This document shows, in pieces, positions 37,712-50,055 of a stretch of DNA of 64,000 nt. Under the pieces are notes generated by a model. That model saw nothing but the letters and a program-made list of their open reading frames with translations, was not told the DNA's origin and made no database searches. The position numbers and the translations under genes were made by a program. This stretch comes from Octopus sinensis (taxonomy: Eukaryota). Position 1 is the stretch's first letter, and the number at the start of each line of letters is the position of its first letter. The stretch spans positions 40,052,001-40,116,000 of the forward strand of contig NC_043005.1 in assembly GCF_006345805.1 (NCBI RefSeq), written 5' to 3'.

Positions 37712-38129
37712 GAACAGAGCTGCACAACTGTCAGCAGACAAATCTTGACATTTCACACCAGCCATTGCCTGTTTGTTCTTACATCATTAACACTGCAAAC
37801 TTCTAACCTACTTGTGCAATTGTAAGTTTTCATGTTTTCCCTCTAACTCCTACATATATACACACACTTTACTCAGCACTTGTCAACAATCCCAAATAAA
37901 TTATGTTTGATTAACAAAACATACCTCTGACATTTACTTCCACATACACTTATTTGCACGTTATATTGGGATATTGTTACATTCGAACACGTGACTACCA
38001 ACTTTGTTACAAACATTTAAAATTATTAAATTGGTGACAACTCTAAAACCATTACATCACGAAAAATTATATTGGTGACTTCCTGAACATTGGAATATAT
38101 TTTCAGGATGTATTTCCCCCAACCAAAAA

Positions 38130-38161
<32 letters not shown>

Positions 38162-39457
38162 CTGCCTGAGCAAATGTTTTCAATATTACTGCCTTTCTTC
38201 TTCATTGTACTTTAGTTGTACCTTGCGCATACACAGCCATACTCAACATGCATGTCTTGCCTTGTTTTCGATGAATTCTCTTGCTTGCTGCCATTGGTCA
38301 CACCAAAGCCATTTCCTTCTTGGTTGCCACAGGACTTGTCTCAAGTCATCATACTTCTCCAAACATGCTGTGTGAAGAATGACTTTGTTTCACTTGCACC
38401 TGCTCAACTCAGGTTTTTAACACTGGTACACTCTCTTTATAGCATCCCTCCCTGCATACCATGTCTCCGATGCAAAGCTTTTGCTGGTGGTTAATGTATC
38501 AGACACTGGAACCAGAGCTGTTTACAATCCTTTCATCAGCAACACTTACAAACCTCTTACCATCACTAGACTCACTTAAGACATCTCTCAAATTTGCAAT
38601 GTGCAAATTCCATATTTGCCCATGCCAACCTTTGCAGATTCTGTATGATGTTTCAAGTTTCGCCTTGTCTCTCTATCCCACTGACTCATCAATGAGCTGT
38701 TTTTGAAGCCCTGCTTACTCTGTCACCTCTGCTACCTAACGTCAACAGTGCTTACATTCATTTGCACACCCCTTGTCATCTCCAGCTCACCAGATGCATG
38801 CTCGCTTCCATCACATCCACTTCAATCTCATTGGAACCTGGCGTGTCAATCTCGGATACACTTTCATTTTCATTCAGTCCTGATGCTACGCTGCTAATCG
38901 ATACTTTTTACTCTGTAGCACGAACCCTAGTATTGGGTTGGTTATTGCACTATGGACCTCTTACACACACCACTCCACACAGTGGACCCAGAGGCTTTAT
39001 GAGACTCTATATATATATATATATGAGCTAGCCCTTAGTGCCTGTTATTGTCTCACATTTTTTGCATTTGTTTCTTTTTCATGTATCGACTTACAGTCTG
39101 AAGTGGGGTCATGTAGTGAGTCAAGGAAGCCATATTTCATTATCATGGATTAGCACAGTTGTGCTTTGGCAAAGGAAGCTAATCAGAGCTGGTTGTGTAC
39201 CTATAAAAGCATCAGTCATCAGAACACGCCTTTTGGCTGTATCAGCAGAAGACCTCGACACCACGACCATCAGCAAATAGAGCTGCACAACCAACAGCAG
39301 ATATGATCTACACTACTGACAGATCTTGACATTTCACACCAGCCTTCATACCACTAGCTATTGCCTGTTCATTTTTCTTACATCCTTAGCACTGCAAACT
39401 TCTAACCTACTTGTGCAATTGTAAGTTTTTATGGCTTCCCTCTGATTCCAGCAGATA

Positions 39458-39825
39458 TACTCTTTTACTTGTTTCAGTCATTTGACTGCAGCCATGCTGG
39501 AGCACCACCTTTAGTCAAGCAAATTGACCTCAGGACTTATTCTTTGGAAGCCTAGTACTTGTTCTATCAGTTTCTTTTGCTGAAACACTAAGTTATGGGG
39601 ATGTAAAGACACCACCATCGGTTCTCAGGCGATGTTGGAGGGGCAAACACAAACATATATACGACGGGCTTCTTTCAGTTTCCATCTATCAAATCCACTC
39701 ACAAGGCTTTTGTCGGCCCGAGGCTATAGTAGAAGACACTTGCCCAAGGTGCCATGCAGTTGGAATGAACCCAGAACCATATGGTTGGTAAGCAAGCTAC
39801 TTACCACACAACCACTCCTGTACCT
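39458..39825 (-). mobile_element. OK-like tRNA-derived SINE
   Basis: Reverse complement of 40416-40815. Confidence 0.9.
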
Positions 39826-40415
39826 ACTTTGTTCAGCACTTGTTCAAAAATCCCAAATAAATTACTTGTCAACAAGCCCAAATAAATTACTATGCTTTAT
39901 TAACAAAACATGCCTTCTGACATTTATTTTTACATGCACCTATTTGCACATTATATTGGGACATTGTTACATTCAAACATGTGACAACTAACTTCGTTAC
40001 AAATATTTACAATTATTAAATTGGTGACAACTCTAAAACTGTTATACTGGTAAGCTGTTTCACTATGAATAACAAGAAGTTTAACCAGAATCATCACCAT
40101 TTAACATCTGTTTTCCATGCTGGCATGGATTGGATGGTTGGACAGAGGTTGGCAAGTCAAAGAGCTGCACTAGGCACCAATTGTTTGTTTTGGTATGGTT
40201 TCTACAGACATGCCTTTCCTAATGCCAACCACTTTATAGACTGTACTGAGTGCTTTTTATGTAGCACCAGCACCAATGCTTTATATGTAGTACATCTTTC
40301 TGCAATTATATTAAATGAGCTCGTTATCTTCACTGCTTTTACATGTACTTTTCGATGTTGACATGGATCAGACAGGAATTTTTGAGCCTTTGTTTACTAT
40401 TATCAATATTCATAA

Positions 40416-40815
40416 AGGCGCAGGAGTGGCTGTGTGGTAAGTAGCTTGTTTACCAACCACATGGTTCCGGGTTCAGTCCCACTGCGTGGCACCTTGGGCA
40501 AGTGTCTTCTACTATAGCCTCGGGCCAACCAAAGCCTTGTGAGTGGATTTAGTAGACGGAAACTGAAAGAAGCCCGTCGTATATATGTATATATATATAT
40601 ATATATGCGTTTGTGTGTCTGTGTGTGTCCCCCTAGCATTGTTTGACAACCGATGCTGGTGTGTTTATGTCCCCGTTACTTAGCAGTTCGGCAAAAAGAG
40701 ACCGATAGAATAAGTACTGGGCTTACAAAAGAATAAGTCACGGGGTCGAGTTGCTCGATTAAAGGCGGTGCTCCAGCATGGCTGCAGTCAAATGACTGAA
40801 ACAAGTAAAAGAGTA
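40416..40815 (+). mobile_element. Full-length OK-like tRNA-derived SINE
   Basis: ggcgcaggagtggctgtgtggtaag...gggttcagtccc (B-box) ...ccttgggcaagtg..., internal TA/TG repeat, tail caagtaaaagag. Confidence 0.92.
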
Positions 40816-41609
40816 TTAGATGCCCCTTGTTGATGCCAAGTCTTTCAGTCATCTCTTAGGAATATTTTTATTAAAAATATCACAGTGGTAAGTTGTTGGA
40901 GGGTTGAGTAACATATCTTCTTTCCTGTGTGAATATATTTATGGCTAGATATTTTCTTTGTGGAATGAATTTTCAGTGATAGTAAATACAGGAGAATAAT
41001 TTGTACTACTTCATTTTCATTGGTATGTTTAGTAATTTTGTGAATACTGTGAAGTAATTTATTAGATGTATCAATGAGTAAAAATGCATAAACAGAATTT
41101 GTTCAATAAATTTTATGAGTAAAATAATAAAAAAAAATCAGTAAGTAGTATACTAGTTTCTTTCCTTCAGTCTCTGCCTTGTAAAACGCTCATTCATTGT
41201 CTTGTTTCCCAGATAAATATGATCTTCATTCTCTTAAGTCTTGCCTTAAGTGTTTTTATGATTTTTATGGCAGCTTCTCGTAAATTTTTCTTTTTTTTTT
41301 GTAACTTGCAACATACTAAATGGATGTTTGCCAGTTTGTAGGAAGTGATTTCCCCAAAAAAAAACTGGAAACCTCACACCTTACACAGTATGTCTCAATA
41401 TTGATTTTTATGAATATTGATAACTTTCTCATCTGCGATCCTGGGGCACTTGCTGTATGTTGATAAAATTACTATATTACCCCACAGAAAAAGTAGCAAT
41501 ATTCATAAAATTATTAGTTACGTTGATGAGAAACAGAAAAATTTATCTAATCATCAAAAATTAAGTAGTATATTTACTGCAATGCATTCACCACAAAAGG
41601 AATTTTTAA

Positions 41610-41718
41610 ATTGATACAGTTAGTCATGTCTAATTGAGTGACATTTCACAGAGAATGATTTACCACAAAAATCACAGTGATATGGTTTCTCTCCTGTAAG
41701 AATAGATGATAAGTTAAT
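41610..41718 (-). pseudogene. Relic finger beyond the ZNF-D stop
   Basis: Reads [25 protein letters not shown] downstream of the stop. Confidence 0.85.
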
Positions 41719-42963
41719 TTAACACTGTGAGAATGATTTACTACAGATATAATAGCGATTTGCCTTTTCTCCTCTATGAATACATTTGTGTGTAGTTAAG
41801 GTGTTTCCATGAGAGAATGATTTATTACATACACCACAGTGATATGGCTTCTCCCCTGTATGAATGCGTTTGTGTTTCATTAAGTTACAGTTCACAGAGA
41901 ATGATATACCACAAATATCACAGTAATATGGTTTCTCTCCTGTATGAATACGTTTGTGAGCAGTTAAATGACTAGTTTCAGAGAATGATCTTCCACAAAT
42001 GTCACAGTGATATGGTGTCTCTCCTGTGTGAATTCGTTTGTGTTTAGTTAAGTGATTTATTTGAGAGAATGATTTATCACAAATATCGCAGTGATATGGT
42101 TTCTCTCCTGTATGAATACGCTTGTGAGTGGTTAAGTCACTACTTCCAGAGAATGATTTACCACAGATGTCACAGTGATATGGCTTCTCCCCAGTGTGAA
42201 TGCGTTTATGAGTGGTTAAGACACCAGTTTGAGAGAATGATTTACCGCAGATATCACAGTGATATGGTTTCTCTTTTGTATGGATACGTTTGTGAATATT
42301 TAAAATACCACTTTGAGAGAATGTCTTATTACAGATCTCACAGTGATATGGTTTCTCCTTTGTATGTATGCGTTTGTGAGTAGTTAAACTATCACCTCGG
42401 GAGAATGATTTACCACAGATATCACAATGATATGGTTTTTCTCCTGTATGAATATGTTTGTGAGTAGTTAAGGTATTTCCATGAGAGAAAGATTTACCAC
42501 AGATATCGCAATGATATGGCTTTTCTCCTGTATGGATGTGTTTGTGAGTAGTTAAGGTATTTCCATGAGAGAAAGATTTACCACAGATATCACAGTGATA
42601 TGGTTTCTCTCCTGTATGAATGCGTTTGTGAGTAATTAGGTTCCCATTTACAGAGAATGATTTACCACAAATATCACAGTGATATGGCTTCTCTCCTGTA
42701 TGAATATGTTTGTGAATGACAAGGTTGCCTTTGTGAGAAAATGATTTGCCACAAATATCACAATGGTATGGCTTCTCTCCTGTATGAATATATTTGTGAG
42801 TAGTTAAAGAGTTTATCTGAGAGAATGATTTACCACAGATATCACAGTGATATGGCTTCTCTCCTGTATGAATACGTTTGTGAGCAGTTAAGTTACTTTT
42901 ACCAGAGAATGCCTTTTTACAGATGTCACAGTGGTATGAGGATTTTCCTATCTCTTTTGGCAT
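41719..42963 (-). CDS. C2H2 zinc-finger protein ZNF-D, 414 aa, 14 fingers plus a broken one; N-terminal leader lost
   Basis: ORF track. The upstream in-frame relic IDFFPEE is preceded by TAA. Acceptor cacatttcag|AATATC with the exon starting at 43336. Confidence 0.93.
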   Translation of the reverse strand: MPKEIGKSSYHCDICKKAFSGKSNLTAHKRIHTGEKPYHCDICGKSFSQINSLTTHKYIHTGEKPYHCDICGKSFSHKGNLVIHKHIHTGEKPYHCDICGKSFSVNGNLITHKRIHTGEKPYHCDICGKSFSHGNTLTTHKHIHTGEKPYHCDICGKSFSHGNTLTTHKHIHTGEKPYHCDICGKSFSRGDSLTTHKRIHTKEKPYHCEICNKTFSQSGILNIHKRIHTKEKPYHCDICGKSFSQTGVLTTHKRIHTGEKPYHCDICGKSFSGSSDLTTHKRIHTGEKPYHCDICDKSFSQINHLTKHKRIHTGETPYHCDICGRSFSETSHLTAHKRIHTGEKPYYCDICGISFSVNCNLMKHKRIHTGEKPYHCGVCNKSFSHGNTLTTHKCIHRGEKANRYYICSKSFSQC

Positions 42964-43940
42964 CTCTTCAGGAAAGAAATCAATCCTTTAAGTTTTACAC
43001 ATAATTTCTTTACAATTCACCACAATGCATAGTATATTCTTTATCTTTCGAATTATTTTTTATTGCTGTATTTCCACCAATCACGAACTTTATGAATATC
43101 TGGAGATGTGGCAAACTCCTTAATAAATATTTCCAAGTTTAATTAGAGAACAGAATCATTTTATACATATCCCAGATAGTGTGGAACAAAAATCTCAGTT
43201 TAGAAGAAATATTTCAATCATTGTGCATAGATTATATCTGTCCAGAATATCAACTTCCTTTAGTCTTTAAAAGATGATAAATATTGATGATGCATCTAAG
43301 GTGAAAACTTCTCCAATTCCAATGACTTCTGATATTCTGAAATGTGAAAGAAAACAACATGAGATATCAAGGATACTTAAAACCAAGATTTGCCAGTAGA
43401 AATTTTACAGTATAATTTCTATATTGATAAATTGTAAATGTAAACTTTTACAAATGAACTTATCAAATGTTTCTATCTGTGTTCAAAGTATGTGTGTGTG
43501 TGTGTGTGCATTATATATATAAAACAGAAGTACTGGTGTCTATTTATCCAACTAGAAACACTCATGGCTGCAGTCTGATGACCGAAACAAGTATAAAAGA
43601 TAAAAACATACATATTGGATTGTATATGTTTAGTCCACTACAGGTTGAAATTCTCAGCATGTTCCTTCCACCAACTATAGTCTGATGTGGAGGCCATAAA
43701 TTTGAGCTTGAGACCTACTATGCAACACTGACACAACAAAGGGGTGCACTTTTTATACTCTTACCCAGGAGAAATTAAGTTGATTATACTGCCCCCAAAA
43801 GGATTGAAGGTAAAGTTGACCTCAGCAGAACATAAGGACAGACAAAACACAACTAAGCATTTTGACCAATGTGTTAATGATTCTGCCAGCTCGCTTTATA
43901 TATATATATATATATATGTTTATATATACATACACACACA

Positions 43941-44390
43941 TTCTTTTAGCCATCTGACTGCAGACAAACTGGAGCACTATTGGAAGGGTTTTAATTGAAC
44001 AAATCAACCTCAGGAATTATTTCTTTTTAAGCTTTGGACTTATTCTATCAGTCTTTTTTGCTGAAGTGCTAAGTTATGGGGATATAAACACACCAACACC
44101 AGTTGTCAAGCGGGGATGGGGGGGAGGGACAAACACAAACAGGTCTTACACACACACACACATATCTACATCTATCTATCTATCTATATATATATATATA
44201 CATATGTATGTGTGTGGGTGTGTATACACGACGGGTTTCTTTCAGTTTCCGCCTACGAAATCCACTCACAGAGTTTGGTTGGCTCGAGGCTATAGTAGAA
44301 GACACTTGCCTAAGGTGCCACGCAGTGAGACTAAACCTGGAACCATGTGGTTGGGAAGCAAGCGTCTTACAACACAGCCACTACAACTGC
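43941..44390 (-). mobile_element. OK-like SINE in the ZNF-D intron
   Basis: Reverse-complement similarity to 40416-40815. Confidence 0.85.
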
Positions 44391-44940
44391 GAAAAACACA
44401 ATAATTTTTTTTGGGGGGGGGATTACGAACCTTTATTGATTAAGTTTTTGTAATTTTAGTCACTCAGATCCAGTCATGCTTTAGCGACACAGTGGAAAGC
44501 ATTGTTTTTGTTTGTTTTTCTTTGGGGGGGGGGGCTGGTTCCAGAACACTATATTACAACGAACACAGGTACTTACTAATTTTTTGAGAAATTAATAAAA
44601 ACGTTACACAGCATTTTAAAGATAAAAAAGATTTAATGAAAGAAAATGAAAATAAACAAATTAACATTTTCAATGAAATTTTATGATGCACGGCAAAACA
44701 TCTGTAAATCCTAGTTCTATGAGGACATACACAAATAAACTGTGAATTTTCGAAATGAAAACGGGACCACTAATCATTGCGCAATAATACAAAGGAAGAC
44801 AACTCTCATTATAATCCTTTTTTTTTCCTAAAAAGAAGCGCACTCATACTACATAGCTTTTCTTGATTTAAACTATTATATAACACTATGCGTTCATAAC
44901 AGGTATTACATAGACATTCAACAGTGATAGATTATTCATA

Positions 44941-45120
44941 GCTTACCTACCCTCTGACTGATGTAAAATATCGAGTGAAGAATTTAATATATTTATAATA
45001 CACATCAATATAGTATGATAGCGATTTACGTAATACGACCTCATAAGGTCAAAGTTAAATTCTATGAGATTCAGTTAATAACTCGAAACAACTTTCAGTA
45101 AAAATCATGACCCCGCCCTT
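44941..45120 (-). promoter_or_regulatory. Candidate upstream exon/promoter of ZNF-D
   Basis: Minus donor TAG|GTAAGC (GT at 44946). A second perfect minus donor AAG|GTGAGT is at 47961. Confidence 0.4.
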
Positions 45121-46360
45121 TTGCTCCTACAGGATAATTCAGGAAAATTATAACATAGAGAGGAACAACATTGGTTGTCGAACTATTTTGTACATCTGAC
45201 AGATTTGCTTTTCAGCGAAAGAATTCCAGTTTTTCAGACTTTCGCTTCAACTCCTACATACAGTAGCTACGAATAAAAATGATATCATTTTAGAGGGAGA
45301 AATACTAAAAATGTGGATTTCCTAAGCAAAGAAGTATTCAACCAGAGATATCTGTTTCAATTGGTGCATGTTTCTGGGTGCAGAGAGATATAGTAGTACG
45401 ATGCTTGAGACTGCACGGATTCTTATGTGAAAATTGTGGAGGGAAACTCAATGAAAGGCACAATACTACAGAACTAGATGAAATCTGCAACAAATATTCA
45501 ACGATGAATTACAAAACTGTAACATTCGAAAGAGATCTTTTCACGAAATTATAGTCAATAAAAAAAAAAGTGGGGTAGATGATATAATTTTTTTTTACTG
45601 TTATACCTAACAGGTCGAGTGACAAAAAGCTGAAGGTTAAGAAACTAAAATTAAATATCAAACGAAAAGCGACTCGGCTAGAGCCGAAATTATCGAATAG
45701 ACTTCAGTAAAATTCACTCCCATGGAACAATCGACGATCCTGTCTTTGCGCAAGAATAAATATATTCTTTATATCTCATGACTGATGTAAAATATCGAGT
45801 GAAGAGTTCACCCTGAATTTTTAAAAATCCTAAATCAACATTCTCAGTTAGAAAGTTTTATCCTTTACGTAAAAATTAGGACGAAGAAGGATCTTTTTGC
45901 ATTGTAAAATATAAAATGATTATAGAACCATTTATCTTACTCATTCCTTCAGTATTTCTACCTTTTCTCAAAGCTTCGTCCTTATTTATTAACATAACTT
46001 AATTTTTAATTCTCTCTTTTATTTCCAAGTTAATATCACGGTGGTACATACTTGAAACTGGAATCTAGTTGTTTTCACATCTGTTTAAATACCTTATCCT
46101 TGGAGGGGAACATAATTCTATTATTCACACATTAGAGTTTTGAAGTAAATCTGTTAACTTACGGTTTTCAGATAAAAACAAACCAATTAGTATCTGAGTA
46201 GAACAAGACGTCAATATTTTATCATAGCTGGTCGCTTTTTGTAAAAGTTGCTTCCCTTCGTTTGATTTAATTCTTCAATCATCCGCTAGGGTAGAAAATA
46301 TTGGTTTTAAGTTTGTTGAAATTTTCATGGGTCAATTTTGACTTAAGTAACACTATTTTT

Positions 46361-46603
46361 GGTAAAATTACAGATTAACACCCGCACGATTTTCACTAAG
46401 AAAACAAAAGAAAAAACTCGGATTTTTTGCGTGGAATCAAGTACCCCGACCTCCTTAATATGCTGCAAATCCCATATTTTGGTTCGAAATTGGTCCGGAG
46501 GGGGAGGGGGTACCCCCCCCCCCGGAATTTTTACACACAAAAAAAATCCGAGTTTTTTTTTTTCTTAGTGAAAATCGTGCGGGTGTTAATCTGTAATTTT
46601 ACC
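46361..46603. mobile_element. MITE with GGTAA termini and 8-bp TSD (Merlin-like)
   Basis: Perfect ~40-bp TIR GGTAAAATTACAGATTAACACCCGCACGATTTTCACTAAGAA, extending imperfectly. TSD ctattttt at 46353-46360 and 46604-46611. Confidence 0.92.
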
Positions 46604-47157
46604 CTATTTTTTACCAACTTGCAACATTAAACGCTTGGTTTGATGGATCCCTATTTAATCGATTTTTGCGAGTTCTACACACGAAAATTCACAAGACTAT
46701 GAACAAAAGATTTAATTGTTCGAAATTTTTTTTTAATGTTTTAATTTTTCGTTTTTTTTTCTTCTTTTAAATCACAGTTCGAATACGGTCAGTTCGAATT
46801 TTTAGCTTAAATCCCAGCAAAAGATCATTAAGTGTGTTTAAGAGAGAAAGATATCGAAAAACATCAATACGTCAGGCTGACAAACGAGGGTGTTATGAGA
46901 TGTGCTAAAATTAACAGTTAAATAGCCCTTAAATCACGCTGCAATTTTTTGTGGGGTGGGATAGGATGTTGCATAATCGTATGAATTCCCGTGTGTAGAA
47001 TACAAATTCGCAAAAAAAAAGAAAAATTCCTGAAAATTACAAAAAAATAAAAAAGCTATGAGGGGTTTATATGCTGCACGAAAAGCAAAATTCTGTCAAA
47101 ATGAAACTTATCCGTCGAGATCAATGAGATGGCGAAATTCTGATTTAAGCATACTAT

Positions 47158-47674
47158 ATTACATGGAAACATGCGAGCATGAAAAGAAATATTCTTAAGA
47201 TTATAAACCTGGAAAAGGTACAGGACAAGTTATTACACCTGGAAAAGTAGAGGGCAAGCTATTCTAATAAAGTTAAGAATAATAAACTTTTTACTGAAAG
47301 TATTGCAGCAAAGAATGCTAGTTCTTCTAATTTATCACTCTTTACAGTTCTCATCTTTTAAATTTATTGTACAAAACTGTTCTGCTAATTTGTAAGTTTG
47401 TCTAATTAGTCACTTTTTTCTCTATTTAAGGTAGTAAATTAGCCAAATTAAATACTTACATAAGTATAGTGTTATTTGTAAATAATAAAATAATTTTTGA
47501 TATTCAAATTTTAATTTTAGTTGCAATATTTTAAGCAAAAAGTTTCTTATTCTTTACTTTACTAGAAGTAATAGCTTGTCCTATACTTTTCCAGGTGTAA
47601 TAACTTGTCCTGTACTTTTCTAGGTTTATTATCTTACGAATATTACTTTTCATGCTCACATTTTTCCATGTAAT
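47158..47674. mobile_element. Foldback element with ~150-bp inverted arms
   Basis: 47158-47310 is the reverse complement of 47520-47674, including duplicated cctggaaaag..caggacaagttatta subrepeats. No clear TSD. Confidence 0.85.
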
Positions 47675-48423
47675 CCATGATTCTTACAGGCATTGCTATT
47701 ATAAGATAATTAATAATGTGTCAATAATTTAAGATTTTAACTTATAAAATACTGAAAGATAATATTTCAATTTTTCCATGTAAGTGATAGTATTTCAATT
47801 TTTTCATGTTTAATTTAAATATATTTTGTGATTGAATTATTTGATATTACACATCTACACCAAATTAATGGCAGGGATTTTTACCATCTTGTTGGTTGCA
47901 CCATGGCTCACCAAAAGTTACAAACAACAAGACTCCAAAAACCATCAGTTACCAGACTCACCTTAAGTAACCTAGATTTTGAGTTGGTGAATTTAGAATA
48001 TGAGCACTTTCAACCAATGCCTTTTCTGGACAGCCTTACTACATGCTTTCAGGTCTGCCCATAGAGACACAGCCAAAAATGACTATATTCCTGACCCAAT
48101 AGATTTAGATGCATATATCTGAAGCATGTAACACTTTAATGAACTAGCCTGATTAAATGATTAAATAAAAAGAAAAGGAAAGCAACTAAAAAGGAAAAGC
48201 AAAAAAAATCTTTTCACCCCAAATGGAGGTCAGCGATTGGTTAAAATTGCCGAAATGCTCGAAATTTCAGACGAAATATCTTACAAACTATAGAATTTTC
48301 TCAATAAAGCCAAGAAAAAAAATGATATTTTATAAACACATTCTACCAGTATACGAAGTTTAAAAGTGTTTAGTTAACTAGAAATTGTGTTGACATCTGC
48401 CGTTCAAAAGGAAAAGGTCCTTT

Positions 48424-48663
48424 TACTACTTAAGAAGAGTGGAGTGGTCCCGGTGCGCGCACTTGCGTATCCGAGCTAGCTAGTCGTGACTAGTCGATCC
48501 TACAACGACTACCTAGCAAAGTAAATAAAACACAAAATAAATAATTTTTTTACACAAAGTAAATAATTTTTTAAAAACAAAGTAAATAAAACACAAAGGA
48601 TCGACTATTCACGACTAGCTTGCACGAGTGTGCGCACCGAGACCACTCTTTTTAATTAGTACC
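48424..48663. mobile_element. Second, inverted copy of the 4851-5144 MITE family
   Basis: tactacttaagaagagtgg...gctagctagtcgtgactagtc, GTAAATA repeats and an agtacc end. The left GG and the TSD were not found. Confidence 0.9.
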
Positions 48664-48699
48664 GGCGTTGAAATACGTACAAACCCAAAAACGCTGTAA

Positions 48700-48920
48700 T
48701 CTTTACTATATACGTTTAAAAATATATTGTGCGTATATTAATTGGGGTACCATGAATATACACATACCACAAATACGTATGGAAAATGTAGCTGAAAATA
48801 TAAGATCACCTTTACTGTGTCGCGATACGAAGATATGGCTAAAAATAAAGAAGCACATAAACATTCAAGTTGAGAGAAGTTGATGAAAACTTCGAACTTC
48901 AGACCTTATTACGAGGTAAT
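48700..48920 (+). promoter_or_regulatory. Candidate promoter/first exon of a plus-strand gene
   Basis: CpG patch with TCGCGA and a donor GAG|GTAATT (GT at 48916). Confidence 0.35.
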
Positions 48921-49571
48921 TTCTGTAGTAATTTGGTAAAAAATTAAACTTGCTGTTTACAGCTTATATATGTAAGTTGACTTATATTTATTTTAAACTT
49001 GCAATAATCTGTGTAAATAACAGAATTACGTTCCTCTTCAAGTATACATTGATTCTATAGAAATGAAAGCATATTCGAATGACCACGTTGACGATTTCTC
49101 TTTGACTGGTACGAGTCTGTTGTTACTTGTTTAGCCACAGGTCTGCTATTATTATTCAGGTTTTAATCTGCTTTTTTCGCTCCAGTTCACTGCTCGATAC
49201 TTTGGGTAATATCCGAACTTAGCAATGCTTGTGAGTGAATTTGAGAGGAAACTGAAGGAAGGTCGTCGTGTGTGTGTGTTCGTGTCTCTGTATTTGTTCC
49301 CCTCTCCCCCGCTTGACAACTGCTGTTGGTTGGATTTAGGGGTTTGGCAAAAGACACCTATAAAATAAGTAACATGTTTGAAAAGGTGTGGCCATTTTAT
49401 TTGACTAAACCGTTTAGGGCGTTTCCCTAGCAATGGCCGTTGTGGAACGATTGAACAAGTATAAATGGCGACAGCTATGCATAAAGGAAACTGTGCTGAA
49501 TTTAGACCTAGGTCATCTCCATCCATGAACGTCTCAATTTTCAGGTAGCATATTACGGATTACAGTATTCA

Positions 49572-49616
<45 letters not shown>

Positions 49617-49699
49617 AACAATTTAATAAATAAAACATGCATACATACATATATGTACATACCTACATCTATATGTATATATACATGCATATATGAGTA

Positions 49700-50030
49700 C
49701 AGGACACCACAAATAAACGAAAACATAAAATCAAACAGACGGGGCGGCGCCGGCAACGGCCACGATCGGATGGTTCGCTTAACCACAGCTGCAACTTCCA
49801 CTGATGTTGATCGCCCTCAATTTTGGTTCTGCTTTCTGATATCTGATTTGATTTGGTTTGATTTTCATTTTGATTTTGATTGTTCTCACTGGTCTTGCCG
49901 GGTCTTCTCACGTACAGCATACTTCCATAGGTCTCGGTCTCTAGTCATTTCCTTGGTGAGACCTAAAGTTCGAAGGTCGTGCTTCACCACCTCGTCCCAG
50001 GTTTTCCTGGGTCTACCTCTTCTACAGGTC
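49700..50030 (-). mobile_element. Young RTE LINE 3' end
   Basis: GRPRKTWDEVVKHDLRTLGLTKEMTRDRDLWKYAVREKTRQDQ* followed by 3' UTR. Confidence 0.9.
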
Positions 50031-50055
50031 CCATACACACACACACATGCACACA

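Larger units (their letters stand above)
37187..40046 (+). mobile_element. Old LTR-like element: two ~0.55-0.65-kb direct repeats (about 37187-38056 and 39112-40046 including their SINE insertions) around a ~1-kb unrecognised interior
   Basis: Colinear homology (roughly 80-86% in a segment compared by eye). Has a CCAAT-like motif (agccaatcag / agctaatcag) and TATAAAAG. Copy 2 starts TGTAGTG after gaagtgggg, and TTGGTGAC follows copy 1. Confidence 0.6.
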
